A stretch of 64,000 nt of DNA from an uncultured virus (IMG/VR IMGVR_UViG_3300021960_000064) (IMGVR_UViG_3300021960_000064), one strand, 5' to 3'; shown: positions 53,901 through 64,000, counted from the stretch's first letter. Notes: generated by a model not told the origin, from the letters alone. Translations and numbers: made by a program.

Positions 53901-54318
53901 ACATATCTGATTCTGCTTCTCTTCTTCTTACTAAACCTTCTAAAATTTTTCCACCTGCTTTGTTCCAACGTTTCATTTGAGCTGGAACTTCATCATATTT
54001 TCCTTCATTTAAAATTCGTAGCATACTAGATTTTTTTAAATTGTTTGGTCCTAAATTGTAAACCCAAGAAACTAAAGCATCAAATTGACATTGATTTATA
54101 GGTACAGTTACTAAAGAGTTGATATAATGTTCGTATTCCTCTTCAAGTTCTCGCCATAACATAAATTCTGCTTTTTCTTCTGACCACTTGTCACCTTCTT
54201 GTACGTCCTTAGTATGACCATAACCTATAGTCCATACACCTGCGGCACATTGATATGCTTCAAGTTCACAACCTTCGAAAGATTTTATGAGTTCATACCC
54301 AGCGTCTGAAATATGCAT
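53878..54318 (-). CDS. Endolysin, GH24 lysozyme (likely start MHISDAG)
   Basis: 'EG....AY.C.AGVWTIGYGHT', 'QFDALVSW.YNLG', 'GLVRRR.AE'. Confidence 0.9.
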   Translation of the reverse strand: MHISDAGYELIKSFEGCELEAYQCAAGVWTIGYGHTKDVQEGDKWSEEKAEFMLWRELEEEYEHYINSLVTVPINQCQFDALVSWVYNLGPNNLKKSSMLRILNEGKYDEVPAQMKRWNKAGGKILEGLVRRREAESDMFEGQNAT

Positions 54319-54560
54319 TAAATTGCTACTATTCCTGTCAAAGATGCCAGCAAGAGTGTCGCCATAAAACCCAAAGTTCCAAACATTGCCATCTTTAATG
54401 TTCCGTTTAGATCGTTCATTTCTTTTTTTATATCTGCTGTTTCTGCAAAAATAGTTTTCCATCTTTCCTCGCATTTTGCTTCATGTGCTCGTAAATCTGA
54501 CGCTACATCATGTGCTGTTTTTCTATTCGCCATCTTTATCAGGAGTATTAGAAGCACCAA
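54318..54560 (-). CDS. Small membrane protein (lysis module)
   Basis: 'HEAKCEERW' coiled coil plus C-terminal TM helix. Confidence 0.55.
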   Translation of the reverse strand: MVLLILLIKMANRKTAHDVASDLRAHEAKCEERWKTIFAETADIKKEMNDLNGTLKMAMFGTLGFMATLLLASLTGIVAI

Positions 54561-55008
54561 AATAGAAAGAAATTACAGCACTTGCTAGACCTCCTAAATA
54601 ACCTAGCACTAAGTTAATTAATGCTTCGCTGTTTTGCTCTGGTGGTTGTAGTGTCACTAAAAATATGTAGCCCATAAACCCACCTACAACAACTGTACCC
54701 ATAATTCTAGCTGTCCAGTCTTTACTAAACTTGCCTCTAGCGTCAGCTTTATCTTGAACTTCTAGTTTAAATACATCTACTTCTAATTCTTTCATGTGTA
54801 ACTCAAAACTTTGTTCTGCTTTTTTAAGCTCAAGCATTTGTTCAGGAGTAGCTGATTGAATAGCTTTATTAATAGATTTAGGATCTGATTGACAACCTAA
54901 CACACCTGCGATAACCGATGCTGCTTGACCACCTAACGGACCACCTAAAGCTGAACCGAGTGTTGGGGCTAAAGCTCCAACCATATTTTTTATTAAATCA
55001 AACTTCAT
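54523..55008 (-). CDS. Putative holin
   Basis: 'APTLGSALGGPLGG', two TM segments, 'ISFYFGAS'. Confidence 0.6.
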   Translation of the reverse strand: MKFDLIKNMVGALAPTLGSALGGPLGGQAASVIAGVLGCQSDPKSINKAIQSATPEQMLELKKAEQSFELHMKELEVDVFKLEVQDKADARGKFSKDWTARIMGTVVVGGFMGYIFLVTLQPPEQNSEALINLVLGYLGGLASAVISFYFGASNTPDKDGE

Positions 55009-55009
55009 A

Positions 55010-55351
55010 TTACCCCGCTAGTGGATTACCACTTTCTAGTTTAGATATCTCTTTATCAAGACTAATTAAATCGGCTTTAATTGTAGCGATATCTGTTTTA
55101 ATTTCTGTAACATCTGGTATGTTTAAATTGTCAATTTCTTTTTCTAAAAATTGAACAGCTGTTTCAATCTTACCAAACCTTTCTTCTATAACTTTTTGTG
55201 CTTGTTCAGTATCGCCTATACCACCAATCTTAGCTTCAAGGTTATCTATTCTATTAACATAAGTAGCACCAGTATAGCCAAAACCAGCGAGGGTTGTTAC
55301 AATACCAGCTAAAGCGATTACTTGTGTTGTTTTATTTTCAAACCAATTCAT
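55010..55351 (-). CDS. Membrane-anchored coiled-coil protein
   Basis: N-terminal TM helix, heptads, C-terminal 'NPLAG'. Confidence 0.55.
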   Translation of the reverse strand: MNWFENKTTQVIALAGIVTTLAGFGYTGATYVNRIDNLEAKIGGIGDTEQAQKVIEERFGKIETAVQFLEKEIDNLNIPDVTEIKTDIATIKADLISLDKEISKLESGNPLAG

Positions 55352-55359
55352 ACATTCTC

Positions 55360-57510
55360 CTATAAATTAGGTTGCATTTTTTTCAATTTAGATAAAGTAT
55401 CTATACTTTGACTTGCTAAACCGTAGAATGCTTGAGTATTATCATTTAATATTTTAGTATATATTACACGTTCTGAATACCATTTTTCTTGATCTGGTAG
55501 AGAAACTGTTTGGTATTGATTAAAGTCAGGAACATAGCCTATTAAAGCTATTAGTTTAGATTCATCTCCGTACTCTCCTGTATCTTGTTGTTTTTGTTCT
55601 ATTTCTTCTTGCTGTGCTTCTATATTTGCAGCAATAATTTTATCTGCTATTTGATCTGCTTCCGAAGTTGTTGATACATCTGCTACAGCAGTAACGATTT
55701 CATTTTGAACATTTTGTACTTGTATATCAGCAACAAGTACTTCTGCTGTTGTTTCTACATCGGTGTCTATATTTGAAATACTTGTAGATGAGGATACTGT
55801 ATCAGTTACACTCATAGTTAATGTTTGATTTGTTTGAGCTGAGGAAGAAGCAAATTGATCTGACATACTTGGCGAACTACTCGTACTTATTCCTGTGTTA
55901 GAAGAAGAACTTACTGAGTTACCTGCAGCAACACTATTGCCTGTAGCGTGAACAGAATTACCAGAGTTAGTACCACTAACACTTTGATTTGCGGTTATTA
56001 TTGTAGAAGCAACCACACGTAAAGCAGTTGCTTTACTAATAGAGCTTTCTCCTTTTATATTTTCTCTTTCAGTTATTTGAAATTCTTCTTGAAACTTTTC
56101 TTCTGTTACTTCTTCTCTTTCTATACGTTCTTCTTCTACTTCAGCCTCAGCCATGCGTTCTTCTATGGCTTCAAAGACTTCCTCAACAGCTTCCTCTTCA
56201 AATATTTCTTCTATAAACTCTTCTTCTGGATCATCAAGATCTGCAAGTTCATCTTCCATCCTTGTCTCTTCCTCAAACCATTCTTCCAGTTCTTCAATAG
56301 TTTCTAATTCTATAAACGTGTTTGGTTCTGCGTAATCTTCTACTAAAAATGTTTCTTGAAAGACAAACTCATCAATCAATAACTCTTCTATCGGCATAAA
56401 AATTTCTTCTTCATGCATAGGTAAGTCATGCGTCGGTTCAAAAGGCTCGTAATATTCTTCTTGAGAAAATACCTGTTCAAAAATTATTTCTTCTTCAAAA
56501 ATAAACTCTGGCTCTTCAAACCTTTGCTCTTCAAATTCAAATACAAATTCTTCAAACATTGGTTCTTCTTCGTACCCAAATTGTTCTTCTTCCTCGTAAC
56601 CATAATCAAACTGTTCTTCTTCTTGAAAATAACCTATATCTTGTTCTTGTCTGTACCCTTGACAAAATGGTCCGTATTGTGGATCTAAGTCACATTGTTG
56701 ATCATCATATGCTTCCCAGTACAAAGGACAGGACTCACTATAAAGAGAGCTTATATTACATTGTTGTGTTAATAAAGCACTTGAATAACCACTACAACTT
56801 GAATTATTTAAAGGGTTGCTACAGTCAATACCATTACCGCTCCCAGTACCATACAAAGAACCACCATTTTCTAAGTTTTGATTTTTGTCAGTACTGTTCC
56901 AGTTTGTATTTACACAGCTACTAGAGTTAGTTGTGCCTGTGTTACATTCATCGTGATATAAGTATGTATAAACTTCAGAGCTATCATTACCTATTTCACC
57001 AATAAAAACATCGTGATTAATAATATTTAATGCACCGTATCTATACTCAAAGGTATCGTTAGTCCACAGTATGACTTCAAAACTATTGTCAGACGCACGA
57101 TTGTATTCCCGCATATTGTACCAACCAAACACAGTTTTGTCACTAAAACTCTTAGCTAACATACTTGAACCATTATCTCTTATAAGGTCAGTCCAAAAAG
57201 GTAGTAAGGTGTAAGTGTATTGATTAGCTAAAGGATCAGGTGTATAATCATTACAAAATGCTCCAGAAGTTTTAAAATGAAGACAACCGTTCGTGGCTAT
57301 TCTGCCTTGTGTAAAAGCCTGACCATAAAAATCAAAAGTGAAACCTAAGTTAAAAGCTGCAGATACTTGATCGTCTCCTGCGTTAAGGTTAGTAGTGTTT
57401 GATTGATTAGTTAAATCTATTAAAGATTGATTACTTTCGTATATGTACTGACTAAAAACATTTACACTAAGCAAACAAGCTACTGCGTAGCATAAAATTC
57501 TTTTTTGCAT
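55360..57510 (-). CDS. Secreted protein: NIDO-like domain, Cys-rich repeats, very acidic and Ser-rich regions
   Basis: Signal peptide; 'GDD......LGFTFDFYG......TNG', 'PFWTDL'; E/F-rich middle. Confidence 0.6.
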   Translation of the reverse strand: MQKRILCYAVACLLSVNVFSQYIYESNQSLIDLTNQSNTTNLNAGDDQVSAAFNLGFTFDFYGQAFTQGRIATNGCLHFKTSGAFCNDYTPDPLANQYTYTLLPFWTDLIRDNGSSMLAKSFSDKTVFGWYNMREYNRASDNSFEVILWTNDTFEYRYGALNIINHDVFIGEIGNDSSEVYTYLYHDECNTGTTNSSSCVNTNWNSTDKNQNLENGGSLYGTGSGNGIDCSNPLNNSSCSGYSSALLTQQCNISSLYSESCPLYWEAYDDQQCDLDPQYGPFCQGYRQEQDIGYFQEEEQFDYGYEEEEQFGYEEEPMFEEFVFEFEEQRFEEPEFIFEEEIIFEQVFSQEEYYEPFEPTHDLPMHEEEIFMPIEELLIDEFVFQETFLVEDYAEPNTFIELETIEELEEWFEEETRMEDELADLDDPEEEFIEEIFEEEAVEEVFEAIEERMAEAEVEEERIEREEVTEEKFQEEFQITERENIKGESSISKATALRVVASTIITANQSVSGTNSGNSVHATGNSVAAGNSVSSSSNTGISTSSSPSMSDQFASSSAQTNQTLTMSVTDTVSSSTSISNIDTDVETTAEVLVADIQVQNVQNEIVTAVADVSTTSEADQIADKIIAANIEAQQEEIEQKQQDTGEYGDESKLIALIGYVPDFNQYQTVSLPDQEKWYSERVIYTKILNDNTQAFYGLASQSIDTLSKLKKMQPNL

Positions 57511-58559
57511 TGTTTGTCAGTTTTAGTTTTTCTTGTGTAAGTTTTTTTAACTAATCCTACAACATCTTTATTTATTTTAGATCTATTTGGATTAGCTTCG
57601 TGTGTACATTTAGTAATGAACTCTTTTTCAGCATCTTCTACATCAGGTCTTTTAGATTGGTTTTTAGCCCACTCTGCTGAAGCTTCTTTACCTATCTTAC
57701 CTTCGTATGGACAAGGTGTGCCTGCCATTTTCATAGCTTTGAAAACTCTTTCATCCTGACATAACAAACTAACTGAGGCTACTTTCATACCCATATCATA
57801 TAAATATTTAGAAAGTTTGAGCCTTTCACAGTTTTTATCTGTTACTGTTTTACCACCAGAAAAACCAAATACTTGACCTTGAAAAGCTCCACTTACACCA
57901 GTAGTACATAAGTCTTGTGAATAACTCATTATAGAAGGAGCAATAGCAGAGGCTGGTGGTGCCTCACTTTTTATATTTTGATTTATGGTTTGAGTAGAGT
58001 TGGACTCGTTAATGTTTCTATTAGTGTTATTAGACTGTGTGTTGTTATTATTGGTATTAGTATTATCAGTAGTAACATTAGAATCCGAAGTAGATTGATT
58101 GACATTAGTGTTGTTGTTAGTATTTGTATTGTTACTAGTAGAATTACTATTGTTATTAACGTTTTGATTTACCGTTGAGTTTACAGTAGAGTTTGATGTA
58201 GAGGTTGAAGTGTTATTATTGTTGTTTGTATTAACACTTACAGAATTATTAGTATTGGTATTATTACTGGTATTAACATTTGTAGAAATGTTATTATTCG
58301 TGTTCGTGTTCGTGGAGTTATTCGTATTCGTGCTATTATTTGTGTTGGTGTTTGTGTTAACATTAGTATTGCTGTTGGTGTTGTTGTTTGTGTTGTTGTT
58401 TGTGTTGGTATTTGTAGTCACCGTAGTATTAATAGTAGTCAAACCATTGTCTTCACAATACTGAGTACCCGAAGTACAGGTGCCTGTTTGATCACTAACA
58501 GCGTGTAGCGAAAAAAATAAAGGAGCTACTAATAAAAACTTTTTTAAATCTATATTCAC
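57480..58559 (-). CDS. Secreted Asn/Thr low-complexity protein with Cys-rich C-terminal domain
   Basis: Signal peptide; (NT)n tract; 'PPASAIAP...DLC..G.S.A.Q....D.NCERLK....AGTPCP'. Confidence 0.65.
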   Translation of the reverse strand: MNIDLKKFLLVAPLFFSLHAVSDQTGTCTSGTQYCEDNGLTTINTTVTTNTNTNNNTNNNTNSNTNVNTNTNTNNSTNTNNSTNTNTNNNISTNVNTSNNTNTNNSVSVNTNNNNNTSTSTSNSTVNSTVNQNVNNNSNSTSNNTNTNNNTNVNQSTSDSNVTTDNTNTNNNNTQSNNTNRNINESNSTQTINQNIKSEAPPASAIAPSIMSYSQDLCTTGVSGAFQGQVFGFSGGKTVTDKNCERLKLSKYLYDMGMKVASVSLLCQDERVFKAMKMAGTPCPYEGKIGKEASAEWAKNQSKRPDVEDAEKEFITKCTHEANPNRSKINKDVVGLVKKTYTRKTKTDKQCKKEFYATQ

Positions 58560-58711
58560 ATATGAATTATATCATGTGAGAATATAGAAAGTTATTATTT
58601 TTTAAATTTAGCTGTAATTTTATTCCAAAGCTCAGGTTTGAATTTTTTTACAGACCAAGCTATAATCACTACTGCTATTGCTAATGGTATTAATATATCC
58701 ATATTTTACTC

Positions 58712-59251
58712 CTATGAAGTTGGTGGGGTTGGCCACTCACCCAGAGGTCTTACTGGTGGTGTGGCATCGTTATACACATATAGTGCTGCCAAAGCATCTA
58801 CATTTGCAACTGCATTAATTTTTGTTTTCATGCTTGATGCTGCTGTTCTGACTGCTACCCTGTAGTCTAGCCAATCTGAAGGTATAGCTTTAGAACTTTC
58901 TGCATTTCTAACCACCATCCAATCATTAGGTTTTAGTAAGCTATAAGCTTGATTATCTATTGTTTCACAATGACTTGTTTTTAAGGTGTCTAAATCTCTT
59001 GCTGTGGCTGTTCCATAACTTGCAGTTACCTTATTACTAGCAAATGTAAACGATTGATTTGTGTTGTTATAATACCCCCCATTTTTAAGGTTGGTATTAT
59101 CTACTACGACTTCATAAACACCTATGGCTTTGAGTTCTGCCTCTGACCAAAGGCTATGAATATTGCTAGGATATTGAATGTCTCCTATGGTTAATTGTGA
59201 AGGTTTACTATAAACCTTACTTATATTTCCTGATTCTACTAATGCCCACAT
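58712..59251 (-). CDS. Tail fibre assembly/chaperone-like protein
   Basis: 'LL..NDWMVVR..E....IP.DW..YR.AVR'. Confidence 0.6.
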   Translation of the reverse strand: MWALVESGNISKVYSKPSQLTIGDIQYPSNIHSLWSEAELKAIGVYEVVVDNTNLKNGGYYNNTNQSFTFASNKVTASYGTATARDLDTLKTSHCETIDNQAYSLLKPNDWMVVRNAESSKAIPSDWLDYRVAVRTAASSMKTKINAVANVDALAALYVYNDATPPVRPLGEWPTPPTS

Positions 59252-59272
59252 AATTTATTCCTCATTTTTTTA

Positions 59273-60379
59273 TTAACTTGCACAAGCAGGCACTCCGCCA
59301 CTTGTAACCATTGGATGAATAGCTATAGCAAGATAGGCATATGTACCACCTGATGCGTTTTCAGCAGCACCACCTAAAAGAACCTTGAATCCATTGGATA
59401 ACATATCTATTTCTCCATATGCTCCTGCTTGATCATTTGTGTTTGCTTTTAAAGTGCAGTCATTTAGATTAAATAAGTTGCCAATATTATTACCACTACC
59501 TGCATTGGTTCCTAATTTGTAACTATGTATTACCCAATTATCAGTTGTATCAGTCCTTTTTATCATTACAAATGATGGGGTAAAGCCGAGATATACAAAT
59601 GGACCATTATCATTAGTTCCATTACCAACATACTTACCACTTTTAGAAAAACCCTGCACATTAGCCATCGCCCAAAAAACAAGATTACCGCTATTTTGGT
59701 TTACTTCCAAAGCATTCCCAAGTGTAAACACACTGGTTGTTGGTTGTGAATACATAAGAGCATTTGAATTGTTAGGCACTGTATTTTCATTTAGTGTCTG
59801 CATACCGCCATTAGCAGTTTCAGCACCTTTCATATAAACTTTGCCATCTTCAGTTCTTGAAAAAGATCGTATAAATATCCAATCAGGTTTTAATCCTAAT
59901 CCATGCCCAAAAGAAGTATCGGAAGTACCATTGCCTACATAAGTTCCGCTTGAAATTTTTGCATCACTATTAATCTGTATAGATGTATTGACATCTCCAT
60001 CACTGTTTGTGCTTAAAGTTCCTTCATTCATTTTGAATTGCCAGGCTATATACTTATCTCCATTAGTATTTGTTCCACTGTTTGTCCCAAGCGTGAAGCC
60101 ATCTGTATCAAAACTTTTGACTGTGGTTGTATCGTAAAGTCTTGCACCATTAGCATCTGTTTCGTAATACAAAGCTGCACTTATAGCACCGCCACCTGTT
60201 CTCCATGAACTGGTTCCCCAGTAATAACCTGCCGCAGCATCTTGTTTTTTAATCCACAAAATATCTGGCTTTAAATTATTTTCATTGCCATTAGTTAATG
60301 CTCTATCATCTGTTCCATTTCCTGTATAAGTCATTGTAGTAAAATGATCTTCAGGTCTGTCTATTGTTGTATAAGCCAT
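59273..60379 (-). CDS. Tail fibre/receptor-binding protein
   Basis: Repeated 'Y.GNG......G..PD.VWIK' units. Confidence 0.65.
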   Translation of the reverse strand: MAYTTIDRPEDHFTTMTYTGNGTDDRALTNGNENNLKPDILWIKKQDAAAGYYWGTSSWRTGGGAISAALYYETDANGARLYDTTTVKSFDTDGFTLGTNSGTNTNGDKYIAWQFKMNEGTLSTNSDGDVNTSIQINSDAKISSGTYVGNGTSDTSFGHGLGLKPDWIFIRSFSRTEDGKVYMKGAETANGGMQTLNENTVPNNSNALMYSQPTTSVFTLGNALEVNQNSGNLVFWAMANVQGFSKSGKYVGNGTNDNGPFVYLGFTPSFVMIKRTDTTDNWVIHSYKLGTNAGSGNNIGNLFNLNDCTLKANTNDQAGAYGEIDMLSNGFKVLLGGAAENASGGTYAYLAIAIHPMVTSGGVPACAS

Positions 60380-61789
60380 TTATCCATGCTCCGCTAAATT
60401 TTTTGAACACAAAGCATAAAAACCAGACGGCACAGCATATTCAAAGTTGCCATATCCGTTGGCATCGCTGTTGCCACTTGATATAGAAATTAAAGTATAA
60501 CCACCAAAATTACATTTCCAAGTAATATTACTATAGCCAGTTACACCCATTGTTATAACATCAGTCCAAGCATCGCCAAGACTAGAACTTGTGTTCCATG
60601 TAGCACCATTCGCAGGCGTGCCACTATTATCTGATGACATCCAAGTGCCGTTTACAGAAAAATTTATTTTTCTATCGTCCATGTTCAAACCAATACCAAT
60701 AATGTCATTGGCACTATATGAAGCACCCCAAAAATCACCAGTCCTATTTAGCAAAGCTCCATCTGAGCCTCTTAAACCAACTGACCTATTTTGATTACCA
60801 CCTGCATAACCTAAATAATAACCAGTATGGTTTTGCGGTATATATCCATCCTCAACATCAACTATACCAATAAAAGATGTGGTTGAATTGCAGCTGAACT
60901 CTGCATACCACTTGCCTGTTGTAACTGCTATAGATGAAACTGCTGTTTGATAATTGCTATTTATATAAAATTGTACTGCACCATTAGCTACATTTGTGCT
61001 TGCAGCTTTGGGATGTAATTGGTTAAAGGTTGCAAAGTTATTGGTTGGTGTGTCAGTCGCTTGATCTGCGGATGAGATGTTGGTTTCAGTAAAGTCTGTA
61101 CCACCATTAGCATCATTACCCATGTTAGAGGAATCTTTAAAATCTAAATATGCTCCATTAGTACCAAAAGTTAAACCACTTACATCTATAGGAATCCAAA
61201 TACCTGTGTCACTATCAAACTCTCCTAAGTCTGTATGTGCAGCTTTAGTGTCATCTAAATAAACAAACTCAGATAAATAACCACTCATGTCTGCATCTGC
61301 CGCAGCTCCTCCTTTACCTACATAAATATTAGTAGTCCAATCAAATAATGAATTTTGTCCAGGCACTACAGAAACAGAAAATGATGTTTCCAAAACACCA
61401 TTAACATAAATTTGTGTTCTTTCACTTGCTGTTGAAAGTCTTGTATCTACAAGAAAAGCAAAATGATACCAAGCATTCGTATCACGAAAAACTCTATTGG
61501 TTTTATAGCGCATAGCATATGCACCTTCCCATGAGTAAAACTCTAATTCATCAGAACTTGTAAATTGAATAATAACTTCGTTGTCGCCACTTGCACCTGC
61601 TCCTACAAGTCTTTGTGCACCTAAGGCTGTTCTTTTTAACCAAAAACTAATTGTAAAACAATCTCTGCTTTGACTTGATAGAGATTTATGTAAACCTTCT
61701 GAAAGACCATCTTCAAATGCACAAGAGTTATCTACATCATACCCAGTAGATACGCTACCTCGATTAGCTGTTCTCTGTAGGGTTTCCAT
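60380..61789 (-). CDS. Tail fibre protein with LamG-like and SPRY-like domains
   Basis: 'FTISFWLKR', 'AWYH', 'GKWYAEF', 'PSGFYALCSKNL'. Confidence 0.7.
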   Translation of the reverse strand: METLQRTANRGSVSTGYDVDNSCAFEDGLSEGLHKSLSSQSRDCFTISFWLKRTALGAQRLVGAGASGDNEVIIQFTSSDELEFYSWEGAYAMRYKTNRVFRDTNAWYHFAFLVDTRLSTASERTQIYVNGVLETSFSVSVVPGQNSLFDWTTNIYVGKGGAAADADMSGYLSEFVYLDDTKAAHTDLGEFDSDTGIWIPIDVSGLTFGTNGAYLDFKDSSNMGNDANGGTDFTETNISSADQATDTPTNNFATFNQLHPKAASTNVANGAVQFYINSNYQTAVSSIAVTTGKWYAEFSCNSTTSFIGIVDVEDGYIPQNHTGYYLGYAGGNQNRSVGLRGSDGALLNRTGDFWGASYSANDIIGIGLNMDDRKINFSVNGTWMSSDNSGTPANGATWNTSSSLGDAWTDVITMGVTGYSNITWKCNFGGYTLISISSGNSDANGYGNFEYAVPSGFYALCSKNLAEHG

Positions 61790-61790
61790 G

Positions 61791-62771
61791 TTAGGTTTGA
61801 GCCATATTTTGACTTCTGCCTATTTCTTGCCATACAGAGCCATTGTATCTAAATGCAAATATATCTGTTTTAGAAGCTGTAGCAGTAACAGTAGGAGCTG
61901 TACTTGCTGCAAACTCGAATACTGTATTCCAAGCAACTGTCCTAGCTGTCCCACCTTGAGCTATCTCAATACTAATAATAGCTCCCTCTACTGCATTACT
62001 TGGTGCAGAGAATGTTGTGTTTTCAACTGTTACATAATATGCATTCGCTGCTGCTCGTGCATCCCAAGCTGTTGCATTAGAGCTTGAAGTAATAGCTACT
62101 TGGCTAATATTAGCTGAAGTAGAAGCTGTAACTTTTTTAGGCATTGTTACAAACTGATCCTCATCTACTGATATAGCTGGTGTTGTACCAACTGTTGAGC
62201 CTAGTCCTATAACTAAATCATCAGCACTATCATCTAATCCCACATAAAAATCTTGGGCATTGCCATCAAAAACTATTTTAGTATCTTCTGCTGTAGCATC
62301 ACCAATAGTTAAAGTAGTTCCGTTAATTGATAAGCTATCTGTAACTGCTAAATCAGTGAATACATCTAATACTGCTGCTCCACTTCCTGCTCCGTCTAAT
62401 TGAACTACTGCTACTTTTCCAGCAGCAATAGTCACATTGGCTCCAGAGCCTTGCGATATAATTATATTTTGCGATCCACTAGTAGCGTTTTCAATAATTT
62501 GCACACGCTTCATAGTGTTTGGACCAATCGTAATGGTACAAGCTGAATCTAGAGTACCTGTGTATTTAAGATAAAAGGCTCTTCCTGCGTCTGCTGTTCC
62601 ATCTGCTACTGTCGTAGCGTGAGTGTCTGCATTAGTGGTAATAGCTTCAGTACCTATGCCTAGAGCTTCACCAATTAATTCCAGATTAGTATTAGTAGAA
62701 GTACCCCAAGTTCCGCTTTCGTCACCTGTGCTGATTTCCTTGAGTCTTAAATTGTTAACGTAGGTTGCCAT
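61791..62771 (-). CDS. Tail fibre proximal protein
   Basis: 'TGDESGTWG..TN.NL..I' N-terminus; T/A/G-rich. Confidence 0.6.
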   Translation of the reverse strand: MATYVNNLRLKEISTGDESGTWGTSTNTNLELIGEALGIGTEAITTNADTHATTVADGTADAGRAFYLKYTGTLDSACTITIGPNTMKRVQIIENATSGSQNIIISQGSGANVTIAAGKVAVVQLDGAGSGAAVLDVFTDLAVTDSLSINGTTLTIGDATAEDTKIVFDGNAQDFYVGLDDSADDLVIGLGSTVGTTPAISVDEDQFVTMPKKVTASTSANISQVAITSSSNATAWDARAAANAYYVTVENTTFSAPSNAVEGAIISIEIAQGGTARTVAWNTVFEFAASTAPTVTATASKTDIFAFRYNGSVWQEIGRSQNMAQT

Positions 62772-62826
62772 AATTTGTTCCTATATTGTATATAATAAAT
62801 CAAAAAGAGAAAAGTTTATAGTTTTA

Positions 62827-63465
62827 TTATGCTGCAATTTCTCTCCAGTTTGCTGTTTGGTCATCCTTAACAGGCGACCAAATATTAAGTGTACTTACTA
62901 CTCCTGTAGCTGATACACCTGTTAATGTAACATTAGCTGTAATAATAAAAGTTGGATCTCCAACCAATCCAACAGTATTACCAAATACATTTATCACAAA
63001 TCTATTATCAGTTTGAGTAGTTGCAGTACCTAAAGCTGATGTTCCAGCTTGTCCTGTTGGAGTTTGAATAGCTTTTCCTGTAACAGTTAAAGAACCTACT
63101 CCACCAGTAGCTCCTAAACCTGAAGGACTTACATTGGCTTCTGCATCAGTTGTAGCTGTTCCTAAAGCAGAAGTTCCTGCTAAACCTGAAACATTTAAAG
63201 TGTTGTTTGAAACTGTGGTTGCTGTTCCTAAAGCAGAAGTTCCTGCTAAACCATTGACTCCAATTTTACCACCTGCCTCTACTGCTACGCCACCATTAGT
63301 AGCAGTTACGCTTAAACCTGTAAGAGTAATTGTTGCTGCTGCTTTTGGTGTTACAGTTCCGAGAGCAGATATTGCTGCTGAAGGTGCAGTAAGTGTAAGT
63401 GGTATAGGTTCTCCCCATGTGAGTTGACCCCACGTGCCTCTACCCCAACCGTTAACAATAGCCAT
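62827..63465 (-). CDS. Structural protein with internal ~22-aa repeats
   Basis: 'GWGRGTWG..TWG', 'G.AGTSALGTATT' x3. Confidence 0.6.
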   Translation of the reverse strand: MAIVNGWGRGTWGQLTWGEPIPLTLTAPSAAISALGTVTPKAAATITLTGLSVTATNGGVAVEAGGKIGVNGLAGTSALGTATTVSNNTLNVSGLAGTSALGTATTDAEANVSPSGLGATGGVGSLTVTGKAIQTPTGQAGTSALGTATTQTDNRFVINVFGNTVGLVGDPTFIITANVTLTGVSATGVVSTLNIWSPVKDDQTANWREIAA

Positions 63466-63471
63466 TTAAGG

Positions 63472-63900
63472 CTAGGCGATTCTTATAATCGCTGTGCTGG
63501 CTGCTGCAGCAGGAAATACAATAGTAAAGTCTCCAGCGGTAGATGTTTTATCGCCACCAAAGTCAATTGTTGCTACTGATCTATCAGCATTTGTGTCGTT
63601 ATAAATTAAACAACCTCTAGCAGTAACAGTCGCTGTACCAAATGTTAAATCAGCAAAGTCAGTAAAACCTGTAGTTCCTGAACTTGTTGGATTAATATTT
63701 GTTAAAGCTGAACCACCTGCAGTATAATTTGTCCCTGATGATTCTTGACTTGTACTGTACGCTGTAGTAGTAGCACCCATTGTTGCTGAACTAGTGTATA
63801 AAGCTAATTTAAATGAATTACCACCAGACGCTAAAAAATTATGTTTAGCTTCTAATAGTTCTTTCTTAAAACTAGTCGTAAGTGTTGATGATATTGCCAT
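63472..63900 (-). CDS. Putative tail structural protein
   Basis: 'SFKKELL...H.F......FKLALYTSSA...Y.AGG..L...DFGGDKT.TAGDFTI.FP'. Confidence 0.65.
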   Translation of the reverse strand: MAISSTLTTSFKKELLEAKHNFLASGGNSFKLALYTSSATMGATTTAYSTSQESSGTNYTAGGSALTNINPTSSGTTGFTDFADLTFGTATVTARGCLIYNDTNADRSVATIDFGGDKTSTAGDFTIVFPAAAASTAIIRIA

Positions 63901-63901
63901 G

Positions 63902-64000
63902 TTAAAGTTCCTTTAATATTTTAGCTAGGTCTTCGTGACCTTGTGTGCCTAATAGGTTAGCCATTGTACATCGCTCACTGTTCATTGCACATTTAATATG
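63902..64000 (-). CDS. Hypothetical protein, C-terminal fragment truncated by window edge
   Basis: Open frame ...SERCTMANLLGTQGHEDLAKILKEL* ending next to the 63900 ATG. Confidence 0.55.
   Translation of the reverse strand, partial: HIKCAMNSERCTMANLLGTQGHEDLAKILKEL

Noticed and set aside
57978..58464. Plus-strand hydrophobic ORFs (L/V/F-rich)
   Set aside because: Antisense shadows of the Asn/Thr repeat gene; the same applies to the other short plus-strand ORFs inside minus-strand genes.
1..64000. tRNA, rRNA, integrase, RNA polymerase, IS elements
   Set aside because: No recognisable signatures found by eye; a tRNAscan/HMM run would be needed to exclude them formally.

Overview
The window is almost an entire ~65 kb, AT-rich dsDNA tailed phage genome of marine podovirus-like organisation. 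It is linearised inside the virion-structure module: both ends are truncated minus-strand genes of the same operon. Nearly all genes are on the minus strand. Modules: head/packaging (MCP, scaffold, GroES, portal, TerL; 1-14.9 kb); a non-coding, repeat-rich probable genome-end/first-entry region with two small plus-strand paralogous genes (14.9-16.7 kb); many small early/middle genes with their own sigma70-like promoters (16.7-30 kb); replication (PolA, SF1 helicase, AEP primase, SSB-like, SNF2 helicase) with an embedded thymine-hypermodification cluster (30-43 kb); and ejection proteins, tail, lysis and tail fibres (43-64 kb). The modification cluster comprises a dUMP hydroxymethylase, a TAGT/JGT-like glycosyltransferase, a stand-alone 5hmdU-kinase helical domain and Nmad1. 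The most striking observation is that the DNA appears patterned around T-[C/G] ('TS') dinucleotides, the context I recall being reported for thymine hypermodification. One early gene with its promoter and terminator is almost purged of TC/TG/GA/CA, the flanking blocks are saturated with them, and about 10 promoters carry a degenerate S-A-T-S at one fixed spacer position. I infer a possible modification-encoded regulatory layer coupled to a base-J-like pathway. Also seen: a 4-member small-protein family, two covarying copies of a structured RNA, an ncRNA cluster, and two pairs of dispersed non-coding elements. All family assignments are from motif recognition only, and all counts are manual.
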